This document shows, one piece after another, positions 26,017 to 34,567 of a stretch of DNA of 64,000 nucleotides. A program made the translations under genes and the position numbers. The notes beneath the pieces are model-generated. The model saw nothing but the letters and a program-made list of their open reading frames with translations, was not told where the DNA came from and searched no databases. The stretch lies in contig JADHNT010000001.1 of assembly GCA_016779385.1 (NCBI GenBank), positions 602 to 64,601 of the forward strand, read 5' to 3'. The stretch is from Pseudomonadales bacterium (GTDB taxonomy: Bacteria; Pseudomonadota; Gammaproteobacteria; Pseudomonadales; Azotimanducaceae). The stretch's first letter is position 1; each line of letters opens with the position of its first letter.

Positions 26017-27191
26017 CCCTAATCGCTCTGGCAACCCCCGACCCGGCTCCGTTCCTCGCCCGCATCGATGCGGTGGCCGCGCAGGCCGATCGGGAGAGCG
26101 ATCAAAGCGAGGCGGCGCGGAGCCTAAGCCCGGCCCTTGCGTCCGCCATGGCGGACGCCGGGGCCTATCGCATGCTGGTGCCCGAAGCCCATGGCGGCCT
26201 CGAGGTCCCACCGAAGATCATGATGGATGCGCTTCGGCGCCTGGCCTACGGCGATGGTGCCGCGGGCTGGTGCGCCATGATTGGTGCCACCACGGGACTC
26301 CTCGCGGCGTCCCTGCCCGAGGAAACCGCCAACACCATCTTTTCCGATCCGGGCGTCATTCCCTGCGGGGTCACCGCCCCCATGGGCGTGGCGCAGCGCA
26401 GAGGTCACCGCTGGACGGTTTCCGGGCGCTGGAGCTTTGCAAGCGCAAGTCCCAACGCCCACTGGCTGGCCGGAGGCTGCCGCCTACTCGACGAGGCCGG
26501 GGAGCCACTCCTCGATGAGCGCGGCACGCCTGAGCAGCGGCTCTTCTTCTTTCGCCAAGATCAGGTGACCCGCCACGACACCTGGCACGTGAGCGGCCTC
26601 TGCGGGACGGGCTCCGGGGATATGTCCGTGGAGGGGCTTGAGCTCGATGCGGCCTTTAGCGTGCCCCTGGGCGCGGCGCCCCGGGTGCGCACCCCGCTGT
26701 ATCGCTTCCCTACCTTCGGACTCCTGGCCCTGGGGGTGGCAAGCGTAGCCATCGGCCTTGGGGAGCGCGCCCTCGATGAATGGGCCGAGCTGGCTCAGAA
26801 GAAAGCGCCCGCCGGCAGCCGGCGCCGCCTCGCGGAGCGGGCCCCGGTGCAGCTAGCCCTGGCCAAGGCGGAGGCCCAGCTGGGGTCCGCCCGGGCCTTC
26901 ATGGAGCAGGTCGCCGACGAAGCCTGGGCCTGCGCGTCTGCCGGGGAGAAGCTGAGCGCGGAGCACCGACGACGCCTCCGCCTAGCAGCGAGCCACGGGA
27001 CCCGGGCCGCAGCGGAGGCCACGGGGGCGGCCTATCACGGTGGCGGCGGCTCGGCGATCTACGCCCAAAGCCGTCTTCAGCGCTGCTTCCGGGACGTGAA
27101 CGTCACCACCCAGCACATCATGGTGGGGGAGCCCACCTTCGAGCTGGCGGGGCGAGGGCGGCTTGGTCTGCCCCTCGGCGGCCCCTTCTAG
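26013..27191 (+). CDS. Acyl-CoA dehydrogenase-fold flavoprotein (type-2 ACAD / group D flavin monooxygenase-like)
   Basis: ORF 25812 trimmed to ATG 26013 (GGAGG SD; ATGA overlap with the GNAT stop). Has the three-domain ACAD layout but no C-terminal YEGT-type catalytic Glu (ends GEPTFELAGRG). Confidence 0.65.
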   Translation: MTLIALATPDPAPFLARIDAVAAQADRESDQSEAARSLSPALASAMADAGAYRMLVPEAHGGLEVPPKIMMDALRRLAYGDGAAGWCAMIGATTGLLAASLPEETANTIFSDPGVIPCGVTAPMGVAQRRGHRWTVSGRWSFASASPNAHWLAGGCRLLDEAGEPLLDERGTPEQRLFFFRQDQVTRHDTWHVSGLCGTGSGDMSVEGLELDAAFSVPLGAAPRVRTPLYRFPTFGLLALGVASVAIGLGERALDEWAELAQKKAPAGSRRRLAERAPVQLALAKAEAQLGSARAFMEQVADEAWACASAGEKLSAEHRRRLRLAASHGTRAAAEATGAAYHGGGGSAIYAQSRLQRCFRDVNVTTQHIMVGEPTFELAGRGRLGLPLGGPF

Positions 27192-27613
27192 GGCCCTGCC
27201 AACCGCTCTGCCGTGGCCAGTACTACGGCGTAGCGCCCCCCCTTACCGAGGGCTAGCCAAAGGGCTGCGCGGCGCCAGGGTACGCCCAGCAGCCCCGCCA
27301 ACGCGGGCAGCGCATCCCCCACCGCCGGCACCCAGGCGAGCACCAGGCTCGGCGCCCCGAAACGCTTTATCCAAAGCCCGAATCGTGCCCGAGGCGCGGC
27401 CATGCGGGCGGACAGCCAAGGCCAGCGAAGGGCACCGGCACCCAGCGCCATCATGAGCAGAGCGCCCGCCGTATTGCCGATCGTCGCCGCAGCCCAAAGG
27501 GGAAGGAGGGGACTGCCCTCGTGCCAGGCCGCCAGCAGCACGGCCTCCGAGGGCAGGGGCAGCACCGTAGCCGCCGCGAAGGCCAGGGCAGTTACGGCGG
27601 CTAGGGTGAGCAC
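27188..27613 (-). CDS. YqaA/DedA-related small membrane protein
   Basis: VLPLPSEAVLLAA, IGNTAGAL, WIKRFGAPSLVLAWVPAVGDALPALAGLLGV and GKGGRYAVV line up with conserved E. coli YqaA blocks. Confidence 0.8.
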   Translation of the reverse strand: MLTLAAVTALAFAAATVLPLPSEAVLLAAWHEGSPLLPLWAAATIGNTAGALLMMALGAGALRWPWLSARMAAPRARFGLWIKRFGAPSLVLAWVPAVGDALPALAGLLGVPWRRAALWLALGKGGRYAVVLATAERLAGP

Positions 27614-27622
27614 GAGCGCGCC

Positions 27623-29029
27623 TTACCGCTTAGCGACGTTAATGACCTGATACTCGGTAAAGGCAGCCAGGCCCCAGGGGCCGTTTTCGTAGCCAATGCC
27701 CGACCACTTTACCCCGCCGAAGGGCACGTCGGGGGCAAGGTTCATGTGCTGATTCACCCAGGCTGTGCCGCAGTCGAGATCCCGAGCGAGGGTCGCGCCC
27801 CGGTCAAGATCTTCCGTCCAGATTGAGCCCCCAAGGCCAAAGTGCGTGCCATTGGCCCGTCCCAACACTTCGTCCACGCTCTTGAATGACATGACCGGCA
27901 GCGCCGGGCCGAATTGCTCCTCGTCCACGAGCCGAACCCCCTCGGTGACGTCCGTGAGGATGGTCGGTGCATAGAAGTAGCCCTCATTGGCCAGGGGCTT
28001 ACCGCCGGCGACGACCTTTGCGCCATGGCTCCGAGCGTCCTCTACGAGCTCGCTCACCCGATCAAACTGGGCGCGGTTATTCAGAGGCCCCAGCTCGCTG
28101 TCCGCAGCGGACCCTGGCCCTACCTTCACCCGCTCGGCGATCGCGCCAAGGGCTTCCACCACCGCGGGGAAGATTGGCTCCTCGACGTAAAGGCGCTTCA
28201 CCGCCACGCACACCTGGCCGCTATTGGCGAAGGCGCTCCAGAACAGCTTTTCCGCGATCTTCTCGGGGTTGTTATCGGCCAGCACGATGGCGGGATCGTT
28301 GCCCCCGAGCTCGAGGGTGACGCGCTTCAAATCCGGCGCCGCAGCGGCCGCGATGTGCTTACCGGTGGCTACGGAGCCGGTGAAGGAAATCTTTCGCACC
28401 TCGGGATGGGCGGTCAGCCAGCGCCCCAGCTGATCGCCCCCGGACACAACGTTAAAGACCCCCGGCGGCAGCGCGTCCCGGAGGGCTTCCCCCAGAGCGA
28501 GACTTGAGAGAGGCGTATAGGGCGAGGGCTTCAGGATAAAGGTATTACCGGCGAGGAGCGCCGGGGCAATTTTCCACACCGCCAGCAACACGGGAAAATT
28601 CCAGGGCGTAATGCCCGCGACCACTCCTAGGGGCCGGCGACGGAGCTCGACGCGGAAATTCTCATCCTCCCGAAGCAGCTGATCTTCTAGGGGCAGGGCC
28701 ACCGTGGAGCGGAACCAGAGGGCGGCGCCATAGAGCTCTTCCAGAGCCTTGCCGAGGGGCTTGCCCTGCTCCTGGGTGAGCACGGGAGCGATGGCTTGAG
28801 CCTGGGCCTCGATGGCATCGGCGCACTTCAGCAGCGCCGCCCGCCGGGCCTCGGCGTCCCCCTGCCAGGCCGGCAGAGCAGCCTTGGCGGCGCGAACCGC
28901 CTGATCAAGTTGGGCCTCGCTGCAATCCGGGCATTCGGCGAAGGGCCGGCCCGTCGCAGGATCGAGCACGGAAAGCTGCTGATCGCTGCCCACGGCAGCG
29001 CCATTGATGGTCATGGTGAATTGAGACAT
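27623..29029 (-). CDS. NAD(P)-dependent aldehyde dehydrogenase
   Basis: LELGGNDPAIV (catalytic Glu) and NSGQVCVAVKRLYV (catalytic Cys); 468 aa. Confidence 0.9.
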   Translation of the reverse strand: MSQFTMTINGAAVGSDQQLSVLDPATGRPFAECPDCSEAQLDQAVRAAKAALPAWQGDAEARRAALLKCADAIEAQAQAIAPVLTQEQGKPLGKALEELYGAALWFRSTVALPLEDQLLREDENFRVELRRRPLGVVAGITPWNFPVLLAVWKIAPALLAGNTFILKPSPYTPLSSLALGEALRDALPPGVFNVVSGGDQLGRWLTAHPEVRKISFTGSVATGKHIAAAAAPDLKRVTLELGGNDPAIVLADNNPEKIAEKLFWSAFANSGQVCVAVKRLYVEEPIFPAVVEALGAIAERVKVGPGSAADSELGPLNNRAQFDRVSELVEDARSHGAKVVAGGKPLANEGYFYAPTILTDVTEGVRLVDEEQFGPALPVMSFKSVDEVLGRANGTHFGLGGSIWTEDLDRGATLARDLDCGTAWVNQHMNLAPDVPFGGVKWSGIGYENGPWGLAAFTEYQVINVAKR

Positions 29030-29047
29030 GAGACTGCGCTCCAGGGT

Positions 29048-30076
29048 TTAGGCCTCGCCCGCCAGAAGGGCGAGGGCTCGATCGATAAGCGGGGTCATGG
29101 AAAGGCGCGTCACTTCCCAAAGAGGATCGTCGCGCTTGCCCCGGCGGTGCAGCATGAGATTGAAGCCCGTGATCAGGGCGAACTTATAGGCCGCCAGGGC
29201 CCGGTACCAGGCTAGGTCAGCCACGGGCTCACCCCAGGCGGCTTCGTAATAGCGAATCAAGGTTTCCGGCTCGAGGAAAAAAGTGCGCTCGCTACCATCA
29301 GCCCAGGCGGCCCGGTCGCTGAAAGTGCAAATCCACCCCAAGTCGTTCAGGGTCGCGCCGATGCCCGTGAGCTCGAAATCAATGACGGCCTTCAGATGAC
29401 CATCGAAGCCACAGAACAAATTGGCCGTTTGGAAATCGCCATGGAAGACACCGATGGGCGCCGCCTCGGGAATGCGATCGAGCAGGGCCTTGCGCACCTC
29501 CGGGGCCCGCTTAAGCGCCTCCGGATCGGCAGCCCGTTCGAACAGCGGGTCCCAGCGCGCCACATCTTCCTCAAAGGGCACGGGCGCGCCCAGGTAGGTC
29601 AGGGGCTCCCAGGGCACGCGGTGAATGCCCGCGAGGGCCGCCATGACTTCCTGGCCTAGGCTCTCGAGTTGGGCTCGGGAAAGCTCCGCCCCCCACTCCC
29701 CGGCGCCCAGGCGCAGCACGTCGCCCTCAAGCTGGGGCACGACGAAAAAGGGCCGGTCAAAAAAGCGGAGATCGTCTCCCTCCCCGCCGCTCCAGCGGAC
29801 GCTGCAGTGGGGCACGGCAGTCTGATCGAGGGCATCAAGAACCGTCACCTGCCGAAGCACGTCCGCCGTGCCCCGCCAATTGACGTTCGGCGGGGGCAAG
29901 CGCAGGAACCAGGCCTCCTCCCGCGCCTCCGCGCCCTTTCCCAGGGCCACGCGATAGCCGTAGGCGAAGCCCGCATGCCCCGGCATCTTTTTCACCGCAA
30001 AGGCCCTAGCCGTGGAATCGTTGTAGCAATGCTGCACAAAGGGCTGCAGCCGCTGCTCCAGCTCGTCGAGTTCCAT
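29048..30076 (-). CDS. APH-type phosphotransferase family protein (kinase paralog 3)
   Basis: Brenner/catalytic loop HGDFQTANL and metal-binding IDFE; 342 aa. Confidence 0.75.
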   Translation of the reverse strand: MELDELEQRLQPFVQHCYNDSTARAFAVKKMPGHAGFAYGYRVALGKGAEAREEAWFLRLPPPNVNWRGTADVLRQVTVLDALDQTAVPHCSVRWSGGEGDDLRFFDRPFFVVPQLEGDVLRLGAGEWGAELSRAQLESLGQEVMAALAGIHRVPWEPLTYLGAPVPFEEDVARWDPLFERAADPEALKRAPEVRKALLDRIPEAAPIGVFHGDFQTANLFCGFDGHLKAVIDFELTGIGATLNDLGWICTFSDRAAWADGSERTFFLEPETLIRYYEAAWGEPVADLAWYRALAAYKFALITGFNLMLHRRGKRDDPLWEVTRLSMTPLIDRALALLAGEA

Positions 30077-30093
30077 GCTCCCCCCTTACTGTT

Positions 30094-31641
30094 CTATTCC
30101 GGCGCGGGCTCGGGAAACTGGTCCCTCAGCACGCGTTTCAAAATTTTCCCCGAAGGGTTTCTAGGGATGCTGTCGACGAAGCGCACGGCCCGAGGCTGCT
30201 TAAAGCGCGCCAAGCGGCTCTGGCAATGGGCCAGCACTGCTGCTTCCGTGAGCTCGGGGTCATCGCGCACGAGAATGGCCAGGGGCGACTCGCCCCAGCG
30301 CGCCGAGGCCATGCCGATCACCGCCGCATCGGCCACCCCGGGGGCGCCAAGAAGGACGTTTTCCACCTCCGCGGGATAGATGTTCTCGCCCCCGGAAATG
30401 ATCATGTCCTTGATCCGATCCTGAATATAGACGAAGCCGTCTTCATCCATGATGGCCACGTCTCCCGTACGTAGCCAGCCGTCCACCAGGGTTTCCGCCG
30501 TAGCATCGGGGCGGTTCCAATATTCCCGCATGATATGCCGCCCGCGCACCCACACTTCCCCGGGCGCTCCTGCGGCGCAGGGGGCGCCGTCGTCCCCTAC
30601 GATTTTCACGTCGCTATGGAAGAAGCCACGTCCCGTGGAGCCGACGCGGGCGAGGGCATTTTCCGAATCGATCAGGCACGCCGGACCGCAGGTTTCCGTC
30701 AAGCCGTACACCTGGAGAATGTCGACGGAAAGCTCAGCGTAGCGCTCGATGAGAGAGACAGGCACGGGCGCCGCCCCGGACATCATCCAGCGCAGCGCGC
30801 TGCGATCGAAGTCCTCAAAGCCCGGCACCTGCAGCATGAAGTTAAGCATTGCCGGGACCAAAAGCCCCGTGGTGACCCGCTCTTCCTCAATGAGCGTCCA
30901 GGCCGCGGCGGGGTCGAAGCTGCGCATCACAATGCTGGTGACACCGAGATAAACGCAGAGTGTCCCCGGGGTTAGGGCGCCCACATGGAAAAGAGGAAGG
31001 GCCTGCAGGTAGCGATCCCCGGGGCGCAGATCCGCAGTGCCGGAAATGGTGAGCACGCCCCAGAGCGCGCTTTCGTGGGTATGCACCACACCCTTGGGGA
31101 GCCCGGTGGTCCCGGAGGTATACATGACGTAGAGCGCGTCCTGGTCCCGGGCCCCGAGGGGCGGGGCCGCAGGCGCGCCTTGATCCCGGAAAGCCGAGTA
31201 ATCCCGGGTCCCAGGCACGGCCGGGGCGCCGACGCCCAGCAGCCGGGTCAAGCCCGTTCGGTCCTCAAAGCCCACGAGAGCATCCACTGTATCGGCGAAT
31301 TCATCATCAAAAATGAGCGTGGTCGTGCCGCTGTCTTGCAGGATGAAGCGGAGCTCTTCGGCGGTTAGGCGCCAGTTCAGGGGCACCACCACGGCGCCCA
31401 AGCGCGCGATGGCGAAAAAGCTCTCGATAAATTCCGCGCTGTTCATGAGGAGGAGCCCCACCCGATCCCCGGGTTTGACGCCGTCGTCGATCAGCGCGTT
31501 CGCCAAACGATGCGCCCGTTCCGCGAGTTCAGAGAAGCTCAGGCGAAGCCCCCGAGCCACGTCGTAGACGGCTTCCCTCTCCGGGTTAAGCGCCGCCCTG
31601 CGGGTTAACAGATCCCCGATGTTGTTAGCGAGTGCAGTCAC
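30094..31641 (-). CDS. AMP-dependent acyl-CoA synthetase/ligase
   Basis: AMP motif YVMYTSGTTGLPKGV plus YGLTE, GWLRTGD and C-terminal PRNPSGKILKR. GTG start with GGGAGGG SD. Confidence 0.9.
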   Translation of the reverse strand: MTALANNIGDLLTRRAALNPEREAVYDVARGLRLSFSELAERAHRLANALIDDGVKPGDRVGLLLMNSAEFIESFFAIARLGAVVVPLNWRLTAEELRFILQDSGTTTLIFDDEFADTVDALVGFEDRTGLTRLLGVGAPAVPGTRDYSAFRDQGAPAAPPLGARDQDALYVMYTSGTTGLPKGVVHTHESALWGVLTISGTADLRPGDRYLQALPLFHVGALTPGTLCVYLGVTSIVMRSFDPAAAWTLIEEERVTTGLLVPAMLNFMLQVPGFEDFDRSALRWMMSGAAPVPVSLIERYAELSVDILQVYGLTETCGPACLIDSENALARVGSTGRGFFHSDVKIVGDDGAPCAAGAPGEVWVRGRHIMREYWNRPDATAETLVDGWLRTGDVAIMDEDGFVYIQDRIKDMIISGGENIYPAEVENVLLGAPGVADAAVIGMASARWGESPLAILVRDDPELTEAAVLAHCQSRLARFKQPRAVRFVDSIPRNPSGKILKRVLRDQFPEPAPE

Positions 31642-31778
31642 GGTTGATCCCTCCCAAGAACGCCCGATGTGCCCCTAGTGTGCCCTCTCCCGCGCGAGGA
31701 GACGAGGGCTTGTCACCCCGGGCCCCTAGGGCCCGTAAGGAAGAAGGCCGTTGTCGCGATTTCGCTCAGCACAAAACC

Positions 31779-31806
31779 TCGACAAGCCGAGGAATTCGCT
31801 TATACT
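31779..31806 (+). promoter_or_regulatory. Candidate sigma70 promoter for the MerR-family gene, back to back with a candidate promoter for the acyl-CoA synthetase operon
   Basis: TCGACA (31779-31784), 16 nt, then TATACT (31801-31806). On the opposite strand, TATAAG (complement of 31799-31804) overlaps this -10 and has TTGCCG 15 nt upstream of it. Sequence match only. Confidence 0.3.
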
Positions 31807-31883
31807 GCGCGCACTTACGCGGCAACTTGGCATACGTTGGGAAAAGCCACCCGCATCTTAGGGATTCACCTGAGTGGGTTTTC

Positions 31884-32855
31884 ATGAGCCAAAAGCAAGA
31901 TAGCAGTCAGAATTACCGCATCGGGGCCGTCGCCCGCCTTACTGGTATCTCCGTTGATCGACTCCGCGCCTGGGAACGGCGCTATGCAGTGGTTGAAACG
32001 CGCCGCACCGAGTCTCTGGGCCGCATCTACTCTCGAGACGACGTTGAACGACTCACCATGATCAAGCAGCTCGTTGATCTCGGAAACCCCATCTCCTCGG
32101 TGGCCAACCTGACCGATAGCCAGCTTCGAGAACGACTCCAACAGGACAACCGCTCCCGCCAGCAGGTTCAGCAATTTGCCACGCGCCCGGTGCGGGCCGC
32201 GGTTTTCGGGACCACGCTCGCGGCCTATCTAGATGCTGCCGGGGAGCGCCTTCAGGGGCTGAGCCTCATTGGCGCTTTCCGCAACTACAGCGATTTCGAA
32301 CGGGCTCTGCCCTCCCTGGCGCCGGACGTCCTGATTCTCGAGTACGCCGGGGTCTACGAGGAAACGGTGCAGGAAGTGGCGGGCCTGATGAAGCGCGCTG
32401 GCACCTCTCGTGCCGTGGTCGTGGCTGGCTTTGGACGCCGGGAAGTTTTTGATGCGCTGAGGGCTGACGGGGCCATGACCCTTCGCTCCCCAGTTTCCCT
32501 CGAGGAGCTAGCCCTGGCCTGCCGCTTCGAGGGTGAGAGTGCCCCGGAACCGAGCGCCTTTGACGAGGGGCTCCGCCCGGAGCTGGGGGACGCCATACCG
32601 CCACGGCGCTTCGATGATGATGATCTCGTGCGCTTGGCCGGTCTGTCTCGCTCCGTAGAGTGCGAGTGCCCAGAGCACCTCATTACGCTAATCGGTAGCC
32701 TGACGGCCTTTGAGGCCTATAGCGCCAGCTGCAAAAGCCGCAATCCTTCGGACGCAGCGCTCCACGCCTATCTTCATCGCGTCACCGCCCACGCCCGCGC
32801 TCTTATGGAGGAGGCGTTGGAGAATGTGGCAGAAGTTGAAGGGATGATTCAGTAA
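31884..32855 (+). CDS. MerR family transcriptional regulator with extended C-terminal region
   Basis: ORF 31632 trimmed to ATG 31884. MerR HTH reads YRIGAVARLTGISVDRLRAWERRYAVV..GRIYSRDDVERLTMIKQLVDLG. About 250 further residues follow, including CECPEH and SASC. Confidence 0.8.
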   Translation: MSQKQDSSQNYRIGAVARLTGISVDRLRAWERRYAVVETRRTESLGRIYSRDDVERLTMIKQLVDLGNPISSVANLTDSQLRERLQQDNRSRQQVQQFATRPVRAAVFGTTLAAYLDAAGERLQGLSLIGAFRNYSDFERALPSLAPDVLILEYAGVYEETVQEVAGLMKRAGTSRAVVVAGFGRREVFDALRADGAMTLRSPVSLEELALACRFEGESAPEPSAFDEGLRPELGDAIPPRRFDDDDLVRLAGLSRSVECECPEHLITLIGSLTAFEAYSASCKSRNPSDAALHAYLHRVTAHARALMEEALENVAEVEGMIQ

Positions 32856-32860
32856 GGGAG

Positions 32861-32883
32861 GCCGCCTGTCATGGACAGGCGGC
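32861..32883 (+). terminator. Perfect 10-bp hairpin 6 nt after the MerR-family stop (possible terminator)
   Basis: GCCGCCTGTC-atg-GACAGGCGGC. The downstream tract has only a weak T run (CAGTTTGTCC), so function as an intrinsic terminator is uncertain. Confidence 0.4.
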
Positions 32884-33134
32884 TCACGCCGCAGTTTGTC
32901 CACCCGACGAACGGTCCCTTGTCCGGGGGTTGACCAACCTTCGTCCAGGGCGTACATTTGACCTCAGCTGGACATGCCACGCATGCTCAGCTCGGTTTAG
33001 GCGTGGGGCGGTTCGACTCTCTCCCCCTCCCCCCTCGATTGCGGACCGTCACGCTTCACACGCCGTTCACCCTCCCGCGCCGGCGCATGCCGGCGCGGGA
33101 AAAAAACTCCCAACCCTTCCCTTGTTGAACTGGT

Positions 33135-34166
33135 CTAGGGCTTTAGCAAGCTCAAAAGATCGTATTCAAGCTCGCCCACGCGCCGGCCACTCATGGCCAT
33201 GACGATGTTTGAGAATCGACCATCCAGGTGCGCCGCCGCCTGCCCCGCCAGGCCCAGGCCCCAGCGATAGGTCCCCAGGACCTTCCACCAATGAAAGCGC
33301 TCCGGGTCAAACGAACCCCCGCCGGCCTCATAGGCCGCGACGAAGCGCGCCCGAGGCCCGAAGCCCCCCACCTCCTTATCGTCCTCCCCGAAGCGCCAGC
33401 AGCGCAGGCAGGTCCAGGCCAAATCCTCGAGGGGATCACCCACCTTGGCGACTTCCCAGTCCAGCACCGCGGCTAGCCCCTGCTCGTCAATGATCACGTT
33501 CCCGTTACGCACATCCCCATGGACGATGGCGAGCCCTTCCCCCGCGGGCGGCGCGTGGGTTTCCAACCATCGCTGGGCGTAGCTGAAGATCGGCGACGGC
33601 TGGAGCAACTCCCGAAGCTGCTGGTCCGTGCGCGCCAAGGCGTCTTCCACCGGGGTGCGCTCGGGCCGCGCTAGCGCCGGCGGCGCCAGGGTCGGATCGA
33701 TGCTGTGAAGCGCGGCAAAGGCCGAACCGAGCTGAGCAGCGATGGTTTCTCCCGTCCCCTCCGCGGCCACCTTACGCAAAACGCGTCGGGGCACCGTTTC
33801 CCCGGCAACGCAATCGCTAACGAAAAGCGGCCCCCCCACCCACTGCGGATCCTCCGTCGCAAAATGCACATGGGGGACGGGGACGCCCTGGGCTTCCGCG
33901 AGGCGAAAGAGCGCAGCCTCCTGGGGAATGGGCAGCAGTTCGATATCCAGGGTAGGCAGATAGGTCACGCAGTACCGCTGCCCCTTTCCGCCAGAATCCG
34001 TCGCCGTAAAAAGTACATTGCCCCGGCGAGCACCAGCGGAGGTCACCACGAGATCGGAAACGGTCACGGTGCGGGACAGCTCGGCCCGAAACACCGCCTC
34101 GAGCCCAGCCTTCAGCCGCGCTTCCCGGGCCTGGGCGCTTTCCGGCGCCTTGCCCGGTCCGCTCAC
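33135..34166 (-). CDS. APH-type phosphotransferase family protein (kinase paralog 2)
   Basis: HGDVRNGNVIIDEQGLAAVLDWEVAKVGDPLEDL. GTG start overlaps the stop of the upstream small ORF (GTGA). Confidence 0.75.
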   Translation of the reverse strand: MSGPGKAPESAQAREARLKAGLEAVFRAELSRTVTVSDLVVTSAGARRGNVLFTATDSGGKGQRYCVTYLPTLDIELLPIPQEAALFRLAEAQGVPVPHVHFATEDPQWVGGPLFVSDCVAGETVPRRVLRKVAAEGTGETIAAQLGSAFAALHSIDPTLAPPALARPERTPVEDALARTDQQLRELLQPSPIFSYAQRWLETHAPPAGEGLAIVHGDVRNGNVIIDEQGLAAVLDWEVAKVGDPLEDLAWTCLRCWRFGEDDKEVGGFGPRARFVAAYEAGGGSFDPERFHWWKVLGTYRWGLGLAGQAAAHLDGRFSNIVMAMSGRRVGELEYDLLSLLKP

Positions 34167-34567
34167 GACGCGCCTCCCGGCCGCTCTCCAGCGCTGTCGT
34201 AGCCGTCATAACCGGGCCGCAGCACCGCGAGCTTTTCTCGAGCCCCAGTCATGAGCACGGGCCAGGCCGCTTCGTCGAAAGCCGCATCGCCACCCCGACG
34301 CAGGCGCGCCGCAAGCTGAGCATTAAGCGCTTCAAGGGCGAGCCGGGGGGAACCCTCGGGCACCGCCGTGTCGAGCAGCGCCGCCAGGCGCGCCGCCTCC
34401 CGGGCAAGGGCCTCCTCATCGCTCAGTTCCCGGCGCACCACGGAGAGCAAATTCAGGGCCACTCGCGTGCGATAGACCAGGGGCCCCTCAAGCTCTGGCC
34501 CCACCTCCTCCTCAAGGTAGGTCGCAAGCGTGTCCAAAAGCTCCACCGCCGTGGGACGATCCTGCAT
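34163..34567 (-). CDS. Small acidic helical protein between two kinase genes (LvaB-like by position)
   Basis: 134 aa (MQDRPTAVELLDTLATYLEEEVGPELEG...). Its ATG overlaps the upstream kinase stop (TAATG) and its stop overlaps the downstream kinase start. Confidence 0.6.
   Translation of the reverse strand: MQDRPTAVELLDTLATYLEEEVGPELEGPLVYRTRVALNLLSVVRRELSDEEALAREAARLAALLDTAVPEGSPRLALEALNAQLAARLRRGGDAAFDEAAWPVLMTGAREKLAVLRPGYDGYDSAGERPGGAS

Noticed and set aside
32990-33040. tRNA-like T-loop string GGTTCGACTC (33010-33019), raising the idea of a tRNA, tmRNA or an integration-site remnant
   Set aside because: The flanking bases do not form a T-stem (GGCGG against CTCTC gives 2 Watson-Crick pairs, 2 GU pairs and a mismatch). 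I could build no acceptor, D or anticodon arm by hand. No integrase gene is nearby. tRNAscan/Infernal would settle it.
33074-33106. GC-rich 11-bp hairpin plus A7 as the intrinsic terminator of the kinase gene ending at 33135
   Set aside because: On the minus-strand transcript the U-run precedes the stem, and on the plus strand the stem is followed by A7. Neither orientation fits a canonical terminator.
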